Of a DNA stretch of 64,000 bases, positions 19,645 through 30,619 are shown in pieces. A program made the position numbers and the translations under genes. The notes beneath the pieces are model-generated. The model worked only from the letters and a program-made list of their open reading frames with translations, searched no databases and was not told the DNA's origin. Source of the stretch: an uncultured cyanobacterium (GTDB lineage Bacteria > Cyanobacteriota > Cyanobacteriia > PCC-9006 > JAAUQQ01); NCBI GenBank assembly GCA_963718615.1, contig OY970368.1, forward strand, positions 480,001-544,000, given 5' to 3'. Every line of letters begins with the position of its first letter. The stretch's first letter is position 1.

Positions 19645-22600
19645 TTAGTTACAAGCGGCTGTCGGGTCAATTTTCTCCTGGCCAAACGATCCGCCATCCG
19701 GGACGGCACATCTCAGCAGGCTGATATAGGGATCATCCACCGGCAGTTCCCGATAGAACTCACTGCGAATATTGGAACGCCCTGCAAAACGATTCGCAAC
19801 CGGCGAAGGCTGGACATATTGCAAGGCCACGTCATACCCCCAACGCCGACCGGCTGGCCAGTAGTAGGTTGACCAATATTCATTGTTGGCATCAGGATTT
19901 TCTGTGGGTTCCCAGGAATCTTGATCGTAGGGTGCTGTGGCTGAAGTATTAAAGTTAAGCTGGAACAATGAACCGGAAAACCAAAGATTGGTTGCATTAG
20001 CGCCGTTTGAGTTGGTCGGTTCCCAGTTCTCAATCAGGCGTGGGAAATTATGTAGACCGCCATTGCTCTGAGCACTGCGAGAAGGGATAGTGCCACTCAC
20101 AATCAGGGAGTTAATGAATGTTTCTTGGGCTGTAATGAGCTTGCCGTTACGGTTTAGCTCCGAGACGCCAGCGATTTGATTTCGAGTCTTTTTGAATGAA
20201 ATAAAGGCCCGGTTATCACCAACCCCATACTCTTTCTCAAGATATCCAACCGTTGCACAGGGAACGCGAGAGACGGGGGGATTATTTTGCGGTAGGGGTG
20301 CTAGGGGGGTGGCAGGAGCCGTGAGGCAATAGACCGGGAAGCCTCGCTTGGAAATCTTGATCGGGGGAATTGCAACGGTTGCGTTATCGGGATAGACAAA
20401 GCCATCCTCGCGGACCCAGGCTAATGTTGCTGTGTCCTTAGGAAAGTTAAGGGCATGGAATGAAGTGGTGGCAGCGGGTTGACGTATTCCTTGGGAGACT
20501 GAGCCATCTTTGTCCCCGGTGAAGGCGTTGCTCAAAAACGTCACTGCATCCGCAACGACTTCGCTAGCGCGCCATCGGTCCCCCTTCACAGAATCCGCAA
20601 ACTTCTCGTTTAACTGGGTGCGGTCATAGAAGTTCCCCCAGTCTGCATTGAGTTTGTCAGCGGGTAAAAACTCCTCGATATTCTGCGCTGTGCCGTTGTC
20701 ACTATGGAGATTGAAGTTGCCTTGGATGTAAACGGCGTTATCGGAAATAAACGAGATACCGCGAGCATCTTCCACGGGTGCTCCAACACGGGTCAGATCG
20801 CTGCCATTTTTGAGGCGGAAACCATGGGGCCGTCGTGCGGGGTCAGCGTAGAAATCAACGGGTTTGGGACTCAGGCCATTGAGGGGATTGACGGGCGGAT
20901 CCTGTTCATTGGTCGTACCAAAGGCTGCCGCATTCATTCGATAGTTGGCGTTAGCGGTCCCGCCTAGAATCGCTCTCCAAGCGGTTTTCCAAGCTGCCTC
21001 ATCTGGGTTGACTTTTTTGGGTCGGGCAATGCCATCTTCGCGCAGGGCATCTTCACGGAATGCATAGAAGGCTGCACCGGTCCGGGTTGGGGAGTCTTGC
21101 GGGTCTACGATTTCAGGGAGGGGCATCCAGTAGTCGGTTGCGGTTTTGCCGCGCAGTTCATTAGTGCCGCTGATCTGTGTCCGGCGCAGAAGATCTAGGT
21201 CCAGGTCCAAAACCCGAACGCCCATGTGCTGACGACCATCAAAGATCGCTTTATCGAGCAGTGTGGTGCGATGTTCTATTCTTGTTCCGACTGAGGTGAT
21301 TTCAACCACCTTATTGACAGTTTGCGCAGCTGAGCCTGCCCCTGAAGGAAGCTGCCATGCGCCTGAGGATCTAGGACTGAGGGCAATGGCACCAATGCCT
21401 TGGTTGGCATTATCGACTACTTTATACTCGACACCCGTATTGGTTGTGATGCCATATTCATTGTTGAAATCGGATGTGCTTGGTGGTGTAGAAAGGGGTT
21501 CTGTGAGCTCAAGACCTTCGCTGGTATAGGGCTCTGCCTCAGGCTGGGTAAAATTACAATCTGGACTTCCTGGTGTGCAACCAACTTTCTCGCCTTTTTG
21601 GTCATGGTCATATTTGGGGAAGAGATAGAAGAGAGACGGATATTTAGGTGCGCGGGGGCAGAAGGTAAAAGCTAGGGCCAGAAAATCTCGCTCTTGGGCG
21701 GCAGTTGTAGGCTCACCTAGGCCGAAGTAGTTACTACCCTTATAATCGCATTGCAGCGGGATTGCTTGACCTCTACTGAGTCCACTAACACCTAAAATTG
21801 CAAGCTGGCTAGCGCCCGAAGCACTTCGGCCTCGGCCATAGGTGTTACCATCAGTCCCCGTGGCTGTGTCATTAATATATTTAATCGGATAGGTTTGGGT
21901 GGCAAAACCCATGAGGCGATCGCGATTCACCTGCTCTTTCGCCACCATCCGTTTGAGCAAATTGCGCTCGTCCTCTGTAATTTCAGGCGGCAGAGCATCA
22001 ATCAAAACGTCAGGGGGAACAGAGCGAGCGGGAGCGGTCGTGTCGTAGGCTTTCAGGGAACTCGTGGCGCCCCGATAAATCTCTTCTCCTTGAGCATCCG
22101 AAACAACCAAATAGTTGGAATCTGTTGTGCTATCTAAAGGAATTTTCCCATTATTGCTGGCGGTTTTGGTAATTTCGTAGAGTGCGCCGTTGTTAATGAG
22201 TTTGCTATCGCGCAATGCCTGCCAAGCCGGATCATTGTAATCATCAAACCCTTCTTCAACATTCTGCACGTTATAGGCCAACATCCCCAACGTACAGCTT
22301 GCGGTTTGCAGCGTGGTCCGATCCGCTAAACTTAAGTCCTCATAACTCTGTCCATTCTCTAGGAAACCAATGGCCCGCCGCAGATTGGAAAAATCTCCCC
22401 ACATCGTATGAATGGGATAGGGATGGGTCGCTGCATTGGCTGCTCCACTCACATCTTGGACCGGTGGAAACGCACCCTTTGGATCGCCCGAGAAATAGGC
22501 AAGATTGCGTAAACCAGTCCTTAAAGCACTACTAGAACTAGAAATATCCGACTCAAACGTGGTCTTGGCCATTGGGGCAAATTCCCAACCATTCGTTCCT

Positions 22601-24687
22601 TGACCATTCAAGAAATCGACCTTGAGCTTATTTGGATCATTCTCTAGATAGTTGAAGGTCGTACTATTTTCAATCGTTTTAGGCGTACCAGGATGGGCCG
22701 TCGTTGCAACACAGGCAACCGGATATTCTCCACCATCCTTCAGGTAATGATAAACCGCCGTACTTTGAACCGCTGCCAAATTATCCCGTAGGGTTTTCCA
22801 CTGCATCAGCTCATTCTGACGGGTGGCCATAGTACTGCCGACTCCCGGATTGGCTGGTGGAGGATAAAGCGGATCAAAGTCGACCCGACCATTACCGTTG
22901 TAATCAATATCAGGCACGCCATCCTGATTCGTATCTACTTCTGTTATCCAACCATTCACATTACCCAGCTCCAGGCGCTGCCCCACAATAAAGCGTACAC
23001 CTTGGGCCTTGGCCCGCCGTTCCCAATAGCCATCTAAACCATAGCTTTCTTCATCAGTTTTGTTGTCAACCGGTGGCGTATCTCGGGTTAAACGTAGGAG
23101 TTTTTTCTCTTTATCTTCTGCATCTGTACCATCGACTGTAGCCAGTGTAATCGAATTCAGATCGGGGTCAGAAATATCGTTGTCTGGCGTTTTAAGAATA
23201 GGGTCTTCACTATAGAGTGGCTTAGGTCCCCAACGATTGTCTGCTCGATAGGTATCATCAACAAATGGAATCGCTTGATATTCATTAAAAGGACGCTGAA
23301 AACCCACCCAAGCCTTATCTTTCCAAGCGCCATCTCGGTACACCGCCGGGTTCTCATCTTTCCGGGTGCGGCTAATGCCTTCCGTCAGCAAGAGGACCGG
23401 ATCTAGGGCGATATCCACAGGCGAATTTGTCGTATCCAGAATCGAGTCGTTAGTATTCTCAATCAAATCGGACTTCGTTCCAGGTGCATATCCTTCATGG
23501 CGATAAATGGTTACCTCACCCCCAAACTTCTTAGCGTTATTGCCCGCATCCCGAAGACTACCAATCACAAACTGTCCCTGAAACTCCTTCTCTCCATTCA
23601 CCCCTACACCACTTGCTTTCTTTGTTTTATCAATGACAGCCTGAGTAATATCAGACGTGACAATGACGGAGTTTTCTTTGGTGTATACACAAGAACCAGG
23701 GGATGAAACCGGGTATAACTCCAAAAGACTCTTACCGCTGATCTTGCCACTACCAATGAAGTAGCTTCCAGCAGTATTCATCGCTCCATTCCAGCGAAAT
23801 GGAGTACCCGGAGCAATTTCCATATCGTTCCGGAACCAAGCCCCCCACTTATTCCCTAAGTTGGCTTGCTTATCCTGTTGCATCTCTAAAGTTGCAGCAG
23901 TTTTATTTGGATTGTCAGGACCTGGAATGGCAATGGCATAAACCTGAATTGCCTTCCGCAAATTGGCCCCTGTAACCTTTTGCCAGCCTTGGTAGGGGGA
24001 TCGATCAATCTTGTCACAGGCAGGGTTACCTGCACCGTCTGACAAGTTAATCGGTCCTGTCCGCACCACTAAACTGTTAGCTTTGTCTTGATCATCATTT
24101 TCAATTTTGATCGTTTGCGCACCGTCAATGCGACTTGCGCGGGAGACGATTGAATATACAACTTTTACATCGTCACTGGTGTCGTTTTCTTTGCCTTGAG
24201 AATCAAAGTTAAAAACCCAGGCATTGTCGAGTCCTGAAGTGGTTTCCGAACCATCTGTCAATGTAGCGATATTGAGGCGCGTTTCGTCAGGAAGCGTATA
24301 GCGAGCATTGCTTTTGATTGTGCTTTCAATATCTCCTTCCGAAGGCAAAACCGGAATGCTTTCTTCTGTAAAAAGATATTCAAGCTTCGCCTTGGCCCGT
24401 TCAATGGCAGGCGTCGCCGCATTATAAACCTGACGCTGCTGACGCTGGCCAATCACCTGGTTCGTACGGTTGCCAGTGCGGAAAATGAGAATCCCCAGGA
24501 TCAAGCTCAACATGAGCAACAGCAACGTCACCGTGGGTAGGATAAAACCAGCCTGCGTACCTGGTGAGTGACTAATCAAACTACTACGCCAGAGCCAAAA
24601 CCGATCCTTCGGCGTCAGGGTCTGGTCAAGCCGGAGGGCAGACTTCAACAGGTTTTCGAGAGACTGGATGAACCGTTGTTTTGCCAT
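19645..24687 (-). CDS. hpsA: HpsA-like large PilX-type pseudopilin (hormogonium polysaccharide locus protein)
   Basis: AG|FILPTVTLLLL (no Glu5), NAATPAIERAKAKL, NKWGAWFRND, GYWERRA, C-terminal GGLHNFPRLIENW...RRWGYDVALQ; first gene of a four-pilin cluster. Confidence 0.82.
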   Translation of the reverse strand: MAKQRFIQSLENLLKSALRLDQTLTPKDRFWLWRSSLISHSPGTQAGFILPTVTLLLLMLSLILGILIFRTGNRTNQVIGQRQQRQVYNAATPAIERAKAKLEYLFTEESIPVLPSEGDIESTIKSNARYTLPDETRLNIATLTDGSETTSGLDNAWVFNFDSQGKENDTSDDVKVVYSIVSRASRIDGAQTIKIENDDQDKANSLVVRTGPINLSDGAGNPACDKIDRSPYQGWQKVTGANLRKAIQVYAIAIPGPDNPNKTAATLEMQQDKQANLGNKWGAWFRNDMEIAPGTPFRWNGAMNTAGSYFIGSGKISGKSLLELYPVSSPGSCVYTKENSVIVTSDITQAVIDKTKKASGVGVNGEKEFQGQFVIGSLRDAGNNAKKFGGEVTIYRHEGYAPGTKSDLIENTNDSILDTTNSPVDIALDPVLLLTEGISRTRKDENPAVYRDGAWKDKAWVGFQRPFNEYQAIPFVDDTYRADNRWGPKPLYSEDPILKTPDNDISDPDLNSITLATVDGTDAEDKEKKLLRLTRDTPPVDNKTDEESYGLDGYWERRAKAQGVRFIVGQRLELGNVNGWITEVDTNQDGVPDIDYNGNGRVDFDPLYPPPANPGVGSTMATRQNELMQWKTLRDNLAAVQSTAVYHYLKDGGEYPVACVATTAHPGTPKTIENSTTFNYLENDPNKLKVDFLNGQGTNGWEFAPMAKTTFESDISSSSSALRTGLRNLAYFSGDPKGAFPPVQDVSGAANAATHPYPIHTMWGDFSNLRRAIGFLENGQSYEDLSLADRTTLQTASCTLGMLAYNVQNVEEGFDDYNDPAWQALRDSKLINNGALYEITKTASNNGKIPLDSTTDSNYLVVSDAQGEEIYRGATSSLKAYDTTAPARSVPPDVLIDALPPEITEDERNLLKRMVAKEQVNRDRLMGFATQTYPIKYINDTATGTDGNTYGRGRSASGASQLAILGVSGLSRGQAIPLQCDYKGSNYFGLGEPTTAAQERDFLALAFTFCPRAPKYPSLFYLFPKYDHDQKGEKVGCTPGSPDCNFTQPEAEPYTSEGLELTEPLSTPPSTSDFNNEYGITTNTGVEYKVVDNANQGIGAIALSPRSSGAWQLPSGAGSAAQTVNKVVEITSVGTRIEHRTTLLDKAIFDGRQHMGVRVLDLDLDLLRRTQISGTNELRGKTATDYWMPLPEIVDPQDSPTRTGAAFYAFREDALREDGIARPKKVNPDEAAWKTAWRAILGGTANANYRMNAAAFGTTNEQDPPVNPLNGLSPKPVDFYADPARRPHGFRLKNGSDLTRVGAPVEDARGISFISDNAVYIQGNFNLHSDNGTAQNIEEFLPADKLNADWGNFYDRTQLNEKFADSVKGDRWRASEVVADAVTFLSNAFTGDKDGSVSQGIRQPAATTSFHALNFPKDTATLAWVREDGFVYPDNATVAIPPIKISKRGFPVYCLTAPATPLAPLPQNNPPVSRVPCATVGYLEKEYGVGDNRAFISFKKTRNQIAGVSELNRNGKLITAQETFINSLIVSGTIPSRSAQSNGGLHNFPRLIENWEPTNSNGANATNLWFSGSLFQLNFNTSATAPYDQDSWEPTENPDANNEYWSTYYWPAGRRWGYDVALQYVQPSPVANRFAGRSNIRSEFYRELPVDDPYISLLRCAVPDGGSFGQEKIDPTAACN

Positions 24688-25061
24688 GGGATCGTGACCT
24701 CACCACAGATGGGACCGTTTCGTTGAGAAAATGTGTAGAGTTCTGAAGTGGTTCAATTAAGAACACCCACCGGAACAAACGATCCGCTGGCGATTTGCAC
24801 CCCACTCCGACTCCTAGCGGTAGCATTGACCAGAAAGTAAATGACTTTGGGTTCCGCCGCACCCGCATAGTATGCAAAGATCCTACCCACTTTTCAAGTC
24901 AGAGAGATCATCGCTCTTCAGAGAAAATACGGCTTTACGGAAACCTCAAATTACCGTTCGGAATTCTACCTTCTCTGTACTGTAGCGAATCAAATTTGAA
25001 TTGGGGGTCCTCGAAACCGAAATTCAGAGCGCCTCAATCGCTAGATATCGCTCGATGGGGT

Positions 25062-25661
25062 CTATACTCCGACCAAAATAGCCCCGATCGCCAGCAACAA
25101 TCCCGCAAAAAGAACAGCACTCAGCAGAATTTGCCAAGGGGGCCTATACAGAATCTTCAAGCTGGTTTGCTCTGGGTTTTCTAGGAAAGCTTTGATCGTT
25201 TCTCGGGTCTGTCTTGCCCTCGTCTGGCTGACGCTGTAGGTTGCAAAGGGGATTTCTTCATCGTAGGTATAGAGAAACGTACGGTAGACAAAGCCAGGGC
25301 GGAAGTCCTGTAGGTTTAGCTCTACGCCAGCTAGCTGATGGATTGCACGCGATCGCCAAGGAATCCCAATCAAACTCGCCCCCCGCAACCGACAATCCGG
25401 AAAAGTCCCAGCCCCACCACGATGACAGCTCAAACTCACCCAGAGCGGCAAGATTAAAATCAAGCTCCCCAGCAAAAGAACTCCCGTGGCTAGCAACAGG
25501 CTGCCAGCCGCCTGCCGGATGGTTTGAGGCGATCGCTTCATGTTTCCCGCTTTGCCATTGCGTCCGACCTGTTCTCTCTTGGCCCGCTCTCTCTGGGTCC
25601 GTTCTCTCTTGACCCGTTCTCTCTTGGCCCGTTCTAGGTTAACCCATTTGTTTTTGTCCAT
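25062..25661 (-). CDS. two-TM hypothetical membrane protein
   Basis: Two hydrophobic helices flanking a loop with a Cys pair (LSCHR...DCRL); N-terminal 5-aa repeats. Confidence 0.6.
   Translation of the reverse strand: MDKNKWVNLERAKRERVKRERTQRERAKREQVGRNGKAGNMKRSPQTIRQAAGSLLLATGVLLLGSLILILPLWVSLSCHRGGAGTFPDCRLRGASLIGIPWRSRAIHQLAGVELNLQDFRPGFVYRTFLYTYDEEIPFATYSVSQTRARQTRETIKAFLENPEQTSLKILYRPPWQILLSAVLFAGLLLAIGAILVGV
25571..25635. repeat. 15-bp tandem repeat, about 4.3 copies (GTTCTCTCTTGGCCC)
   Basis: Read directly; encodes ERAKR/ERVKR/ERTQR/ERAKR on the minus strand. Confidence 0.9.
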
Positions 25662-25887
25662 TTTTAGTGTACCCAGTCCCTAGGAATTGCAGGGATGGGG
25701 GGCCGTTTGGGAGGGGTTCGGATCCCGCGATCGCCTATAATCAAATCTTGCTTACTCAAGGCCCAAACGGGCCAGCGCCAGTCCCCAACGTCCTTCAGGA
25801 CCTACCATGACGGCCCTTGTAGTCGGCAGTTTTGAAACAATCCGCATCATTTAAAAAAGCGTTTTAAGGCAAGCGAGGTTTAAGAAC

Positions 25888-26949
25888 ATGGCTGGAGAAC
25901 AGGTCCCCTACCTATTGCGGGCAGCCCGTGGGGAAAAAGTCGATCGTCCCCCTGTGTGGATGATGCGCCAAGCGGGGCGCTATATGAAGGAATACCGCGA
26001 CCTGCGCGACAAATATCCCTCGTTCCGGGAGCGGTCTGAGAATCCGGATCTGGCGATCGAAATCTCACTTCAGCCCTTCCGTGCCTTTCGCCCCGATGGG
26101 GTCATCATGTTCTCCGACATTTTGACACCGCTACCGGGCATGGGCATTCCCTTCGACATCATTGAAAAGCGCGGTCCGATCATTGACCCGCCCATTCGCA
26201 GCAAGGAACAAATCGACCAGATGCGTCCCCTTGATCCAGAGGAATCGCTGCCCTTTATCCGCACCATTCTCGAAACCCTGCGTCAGGAAGTCGGCAATGA
26301 AGCCACGGTTTTGGGCTTCGTCGGTTCCCCCTGGACCCTCGCCGCCTACGCCATTGAAGGCAAGAGCTCAAAAGATTACACCGTGATCAAGAGCATGGCC
26401 TTCTCAGAACCGGAGCTGCTGCACAAACTGCTCGGAAACATCGCCGATTCGATCGCCACCTACGTCCGCTACCAAATCGATTGTGGTGCCCAGGTCGTGC
26501 AGTTGTTTGATTCCTGGGCCGGTCAGCTCAGCCCCGCTGACTACGATGTCTTTGCGCAGCCCTATCAGCAGCGTATTATCCAGCAGGTCAAAGAAACCCA
26601 TCCCGATACCCCCCTAATTCTCTATATCAATGGCAGTGCCGGGATCCTAGAGCGGATGGGTCAATCGGGAGTAGACATTGTCAGCGTAGACTGGACAGTG
26701 GATATGGCCGATGCTCGTCGTCGATTGGGTCCGAATGTGGGCGTTCAGGGCAATATTGACCCCTGTGTCCTGTTTGGCTCTAAGCCCTTTATTCGCGAGC
26801 GGATTCTGGAAACCGTGCGCAAAGCGGGAGGCAATCGCCATATTCTTAACCTGGGTCATGGCATTTTGCCCGGAACACCGGAGGAAAATGCTGCATTCTT
26901 CTTTGAGACAGCCAAGCAGGTGGATCAACTCCTGGCGGTCAGTCGGTAA
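25888..26949 (+). CDS. hemE: uroporphyrinogen decarboxylase
   Basis: [33 protein letters not shown]. Confidence 0.98.
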   Translation: MAGEQVPYLLRAARGEKVDRPPVWMMRQAGRYMKEYRDLRDKYPSFRERSENPDLAIEISLQPFRAFRPDGVIMFSDILTPLPGMGIPFDIIEKRGPIIDPPIRSKEQIDQMRPLDPEESLPFIRTILETLRQEVGNEATVLGFVGSPWTLAAYAIEGKSSKDYTVIKSMAFSEPELLHKLLGNIADSIATYVRYQIDCGAQVVQLFDSWAGQLSPADYDVFAQPYQQRIIQQVKETHPDTPLILYINGSAGILERMGQSGVDIVSVDWTVDMADARRRLGPNVGVQGNIDPCVLFGSKPFIRERILETVRKAGGNRHILNLGHGILPGTPEENAAFFFETAKQVDQLLAVSR

Positions 26950-26979
26950 GCCTGTTATTGAGTTCTGGGACGGTGAGGT

Positions 26980-27957
26980 GTGACCCCAAAGCAAATTTTA
27001 ATCACGGGTGCGAGTGGTTGCATTGGTCATTACTTCACCGAACAGCTCATTCACAAAACGGACCATGAGCTTTATATCCTGGCGCGCAATCCGGCCAAGC
27101 TCCGGTTTGACGTCGATGCGCGCCCTGGGATCCATGTTGTCGCCGCCGATCTGCGCGAAATCGACCAGTACGGCGACCTGCTGAGTCGGATTAACGTCGC
27201 GATTCTGGCGGCGACATCCTGGGGTGGCGTCGAAGAATCCTATGAGATTAATGTCGCCAAAACCTTAGCATTGATTGAACGGCTTGACCCAGCGGTGTGC
27301 GAGCAGGTGCTGTATTTTTCAACGGAAAGTATTTTGGACCAGGAAAACCAGCTTTTGCCCGAGGCAGGAGAGCTGGGGACGGATTATATTCGCACCAAAT
27401 ATATCTGTTTCCAGGGGCTGGAGAAATTGGCGATCGCCCCCAAAATCACCGCACTCTTTCCCACGCTGGTCTTTGGCGGAGACGATCGCAAGCCCTATTC
27501 TCACCTCACCGAGGGCTTTCCCCAGATTTTAAGCTGGCTGTGGCTGATTCGTTTTCTTTCGGCGGATGGCAGCTTCCACTTCATGCATGGCTACGATATT
27601 GCCCAGGTCGTCTGCCATCTGGTCGATCACCCCGAGGCTTCCCCTGCTGCCAGTCAAGCGTCTGCCGTTCGCAAGGTGGTTTTAGGCAATGCGCCCATGA
27701 CGGTGAACCAAACCATTCGGGAGGCCTGTCGCTATTTTGGCAAACGGATTTATTTTCGGGTGCCGCTAAAAGCGGGGCTAGCGGAGTTTTTTATCCGCGT
27801 CTTTCGGATTCAGGTTGGCCCCTGGGATTGGTTTTGCATTCGCTATCGCCATTTTGTCCATCGCAATCCGGTCAGTCCTGCGACCTTTGGCCTGCAACCC
27901 TACGCCCAAACCCTATCGGACATCTTAAAAATCTATGGGTTTGGCCTCAAAGGTTAG
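26980..27957 (+). CDS. NAD-dependent epimerase/dehydratase family protein
   Basis: ILITGASGCIG Rossmann motif, YIRTK (YxxxK). Confidence 0.88.
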   Translation: MTPKQILITGASGCIGHYFTEQLIHKTDHELYILARNPAKLRFDVDARPGIHVVAADLREIDQYGDLLSRINVAILAATSWGGVEESYEINVAKTLALIERLDPAVCEQVLYFSTESILDQENQLLPEAGELGTDYIRTKYICFQGLEKLAIAPKITALFPTLVFGGDDRKPYSHLTEGFPQILSWLWLIRFLSADGSFHFMHGYDIAQVVCHLVDHPEASPAASQASAVRKVVLGNAPMTVNQTIREACRYFGKRIYFRVPLKAGLAEFFIRVFRIQVGPWDWFCIRYRHFVHRNPVSPATFGLQPYAQTLSDILKIYGFGLKG

Positions 27958-27968
27958 CTGCCCTGCGG

Positions 27969-28556
27969 CTAAAACGTCGAGCCGGGTTGTTGAAGAAATT
28001 CCAGCTCTTCCGGCGTGCTGGCACGGCCCAGAGTGGCATTGCGGTGAGGAAACCGGCCAAATCGCTGAATCACGTCCCGGTGGCGATAGGCGTACTCAAT
28101 CGGACTTTGGCTTTGGGGGTCCGATCGCAACTGCTCAAACAACGCCACGGCCTGATTTTGATCCTCTAAGTTTTCACTATGCTCAAAGGGCAAATACATA
28201 AACCAGCGCTGGACCGGTAAAAGCTGCTGGTCAAAGCCCTGGGAAATAGCCGATTGGGCGATCGCCACTGCCTTTTCATCCGTCGCAAAAGCCCGAGGAT
28301 CCCGCCGAAATAGATTGCGGGGGAACTGATCCAGAACAATCAGTAGGGCCAAGCAGCTGAGGGGAAAATCTTGCCAAGCATCTAGGGCTCCGGCGGCGGC
28401 CTGTTGGTAGGTGGGGAGAAAGCGATCGCTAATTTCCTGATCAAACGTCGGATTTTTGATAAACCAAGCCTTGCGCTCCTGCCCATACGTAGACGAGTCC
28501 GGCGCACCAAACCAAAACGCTAAAATCTCTGTAGACTTGGCCATGCTTTTTTCCAC
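27969..28556 (-). CDS. DUF924 family protein
   Basis: ILAFWF, LDQFPRN, YLPFEHSE, FGRFPHRN. Confidence 0.93.
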   Translation of the reverse strand: MEKSMAKSTEILAFWFGAPDSSTYGQERKAWFIKNPTFDQEISDRFLPTYQQAAAGALDAWQDFPLSCLALLIVLDQFPRNLFRRDPRAFATDEKAVAIAQSAISQGFDQQLLPVQRWFMYLPFEHSENLEDQNQAVALFEQLRSDPQSQSPIEYAYRHRDVIQRFGRFPHRNATLGRASTPEELEFLQQPGSTF

Positions 28557-28562
28557 GGGTTC

Positions 28563-28620
28563 AAATCAAGGGACAGGAGCAAATCAAGGGACAGGAGCAA
28601 ATCAAGAGACGGAATCAAAT
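28563..28620. repeat. 18-bp tandem repeat, about 3 copies (AAATCAAGGGACAGGAGC)
   Basis: Two exact copies plus one degenerate copy fill the intergenic gap. Confidence 0.9.
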
Positions 28621-29103
28621 TCCAAATCCCTGCTCTTTAGTAATTTGTTTCAACAGACCCTGGCAAGCATCCATTAATAAATTAATCACATCATCAAAAC
28701 CGTCGGCCCCACCATAATAAGGATCTGGGACCTCTTGATCGGGGTGCTCCGTGCAAAAATTGCACATCATTTTGACCTTGTGACGGAATTTTCCCGCCGG
28801 GTCCAAGGCCAAAATGCCCTGATAATTGCTGCGGTCCATGGCCAAAATCAGGTCAAATTCTTCTAGGTCATGACGGTCAAGCTGGCGCGATCGCCCCAAC
28901 ATCTTGATGCCCCGCGCCGTCGCCGCTGCCGTCATTCGCCGATCGGGCCGATCGCCAACGTGATAGCCCGAGGTGCCTGCTGAGTCGCAGTAGATGCGAT
29001 CGCTCAACCCCGCTTCCTCAATGAGGTGATTCATAATGTTTTCTGCCGAGGGCGAGCGGCAAATATTACCGAGACAAACAAACAGCAACTTGTAAGGCGT
29101 CAT
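28615..29103 (-). CDS. low-molecular-weight protein tyrosine phosphatase
   Basis: FVCLGNICRS P-loop, DSAGT, VPDPYYGG. Confidence 0.96.
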   Translation of the reverse strand: MTPYKLLFVCLGNICRSPSAENIMNHLIEEAGLSDRIYCDSAGTSGYHVGDRPDRRMTAAATARGIKMLGRSRQLDRHDLEEFDLILAMDRSNYQGILALDPAGKFRHKVKMMCNFCTEHPDQEVPDPYYGGADGFDDVINLLMDACQGLLKQITKEQGFGI

Positions 29104-29209
29104 GGCATCCAATCGGGTCATCACCAAAAAGTAAACCAAAAAGTAAGGGGTCTGACCTTGCCAAACCCCCATCATCATTCTCAAACAGGTTGAATCGATT
29201 GCCTAGAGA

Positions 29210-29545
29210 TTAGAATCCAGGAATATTCAAACCGCTGGTTAGCTCTTCCATCCGGCCCCGCATGGTATCCGTAGACTTTTGATAGGCTTCCTTCATCGCT
29301 GCCGTGACGAGATCCGAGAGGACTTCGGGACCTTCGGCGATCGCATCCGCCGCAATCTCCGTCCGCAGGGGCTCTTGGTTCCCACTCAGATAAACCTTGA
29401 CCAGACCACCACCAGCCTGACCTTCAATTTCCATTTTCTCCAGCTCTTCCTGGAGTTGCTTAGCACCTTCTTGGACCTGCTGGGCTTTCTTAAAAGCCTC
29501 TGCCAGCTCCTTCATTTTGCCAAGGCCAAATCCTTTTCCGGTCAT
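29210..29545 (-). CDS. YbaB/EbfC nucleoid-associated protein
   Basis: [31 protein letters not shown]; downstream of murB. Confidence 0.93.
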   Translation of the reverse strand: MTGKGFGLGKMKELAEAFKKAQQVQEGAKQLQEELEKMEIEGQAGGGLVKVYLSGNQEPLRTEIAADAIAEGPEVLSDLVTAAMKEAYQKSTDTMRGRMEELTSGLNIPGF

Positions 29546-29649
29546 AGCGTTTTTCTTCAGGGGTAAATTTGCCCAACTCACTCTAACACTTCTCAGGCGC
29601 TTCGGCCTAGAGTTGCGATGTTGCCCAGGGGCTCCAGGCGAGCAAAGCC

Positions 29650-30597
29650 CTAGACCCCTTGAAATTCGCCCATCATCTTGACTTCTGGGTGCAGCAACAA
29701 AGACCAGCGCTCTGCCACCTCGGTTTGCACATGGCGAATCAGCTCAAAAATATCTTGAGCCGTTGCACCACCGCAGTTCAAAATAAAATTCGCATGGCGC
29801 TGCGCCACTTGGGCATGGCCAATTTGATAGCCCTTCAGACCACTTTGTTCAATCAACCACCCCGCGCTGTGGGCCTGGGGGTTGCGGAAGACACTGCCAC
29901 AACTGGGGCGATCGTAGGGTTGGCTAGATTTCCGCTGGCGCAGGGCATGGTTAGTCTCCACCAAAACCTGCTCAGGATCCCCATCTGGCAAAAATTCCAG
30001 GGTCGCTTCCAGAACAATATAAGGATTCTCTTGCAGGGCTGAGGTGCGATAGCTATAGCTTAATTGCTCCGGCGTCCAGTGTTCGACACCATCGGGTCCC
30101 AGCACTTTGACACTGACCACCCGTTCGGCCATGCAGCCCCCGTGGGCTCCCGCATTCATCACCACGGCCCCCCCGATGGTCCCTGGAATCCCCACCGCCC
30201 ATTCAAACCCTCGCCATCCTCGCCGAGCCAAGCGCCGGGAAAGGGCCGGTAGGGGAACACCAGCGGAAACGGTGGCCTGTCCTAGGGATTCGTCAAACAG
30301 GGACTGCTTGAGAAATCGCGTTGAGATGACCAGACCCGGAAGTCCTGAATCACTAATCAGCAGATTAGAGCCAGACCCAAGGGCCGTAACGGGAAGCCCT
30401 TCGGCCTCGGCCCATTGAACACAGGCAGCCAAACCATCTAAATCTCGGGGTTCTGCATACCATTCCGCTGCACCGCCGACTCGAAACGAAGTAAACGGCG
30501 CGAGGGCAACTTGACGACGAATATAGGTCTGAGAGGAGGCCTCCAGAATCAAAGGCTGTTCCTGAGTGATGAGTTGGGGCATGGGACTCACAGTCAA
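29650..30597 (-). CDS. murB: UDP-N-acetylmuramate dehydrogenase
   Basis: [42 protein letters not shown]. Confidence 0.97.
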   Translation of the reverse strand: MTVSPMPQLITQEQPLILEASSQTYIRRQVALAPFTSFRVGGAAEWYAEPRDLDGLAACVQWAEAEGLPVTALGSGSNLLISDSGLPGLVISTRFLKQSLFDESLGQATVSAGVPLPALSRRLARRGWRGFEWAVGIPGTIGGAVVMNAGAHGGCMAERVVSVKVLGPDGVEHWTPEQLSYSYRTSALQENPYIVLEATLEFLPDGDPEQVLVETNHALRQRKSSQPYDRPSCGSVFRNPQAHSAGWLIEQSGLKGYQIGHAQVAQRHANFILNCGGATAQDIFELIRHVQTEVAERWSLLLHPEVKMMGEFQGV

Positions 30598-30619
30598 TGG
30601 CAGATGGAATAGAGAATCT

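Noticed and set aside
25700-25735. tRNA suggested by GGTTCGGATCCC
   Set aside because: No cloverleaf (acceptor, D or anticodon arms) can be built.
27297-28169. 290-aa alternative-frame ORF inside the epimerase gene
   Set aside because: Overlaps two well-supported genes and has atypical composition.
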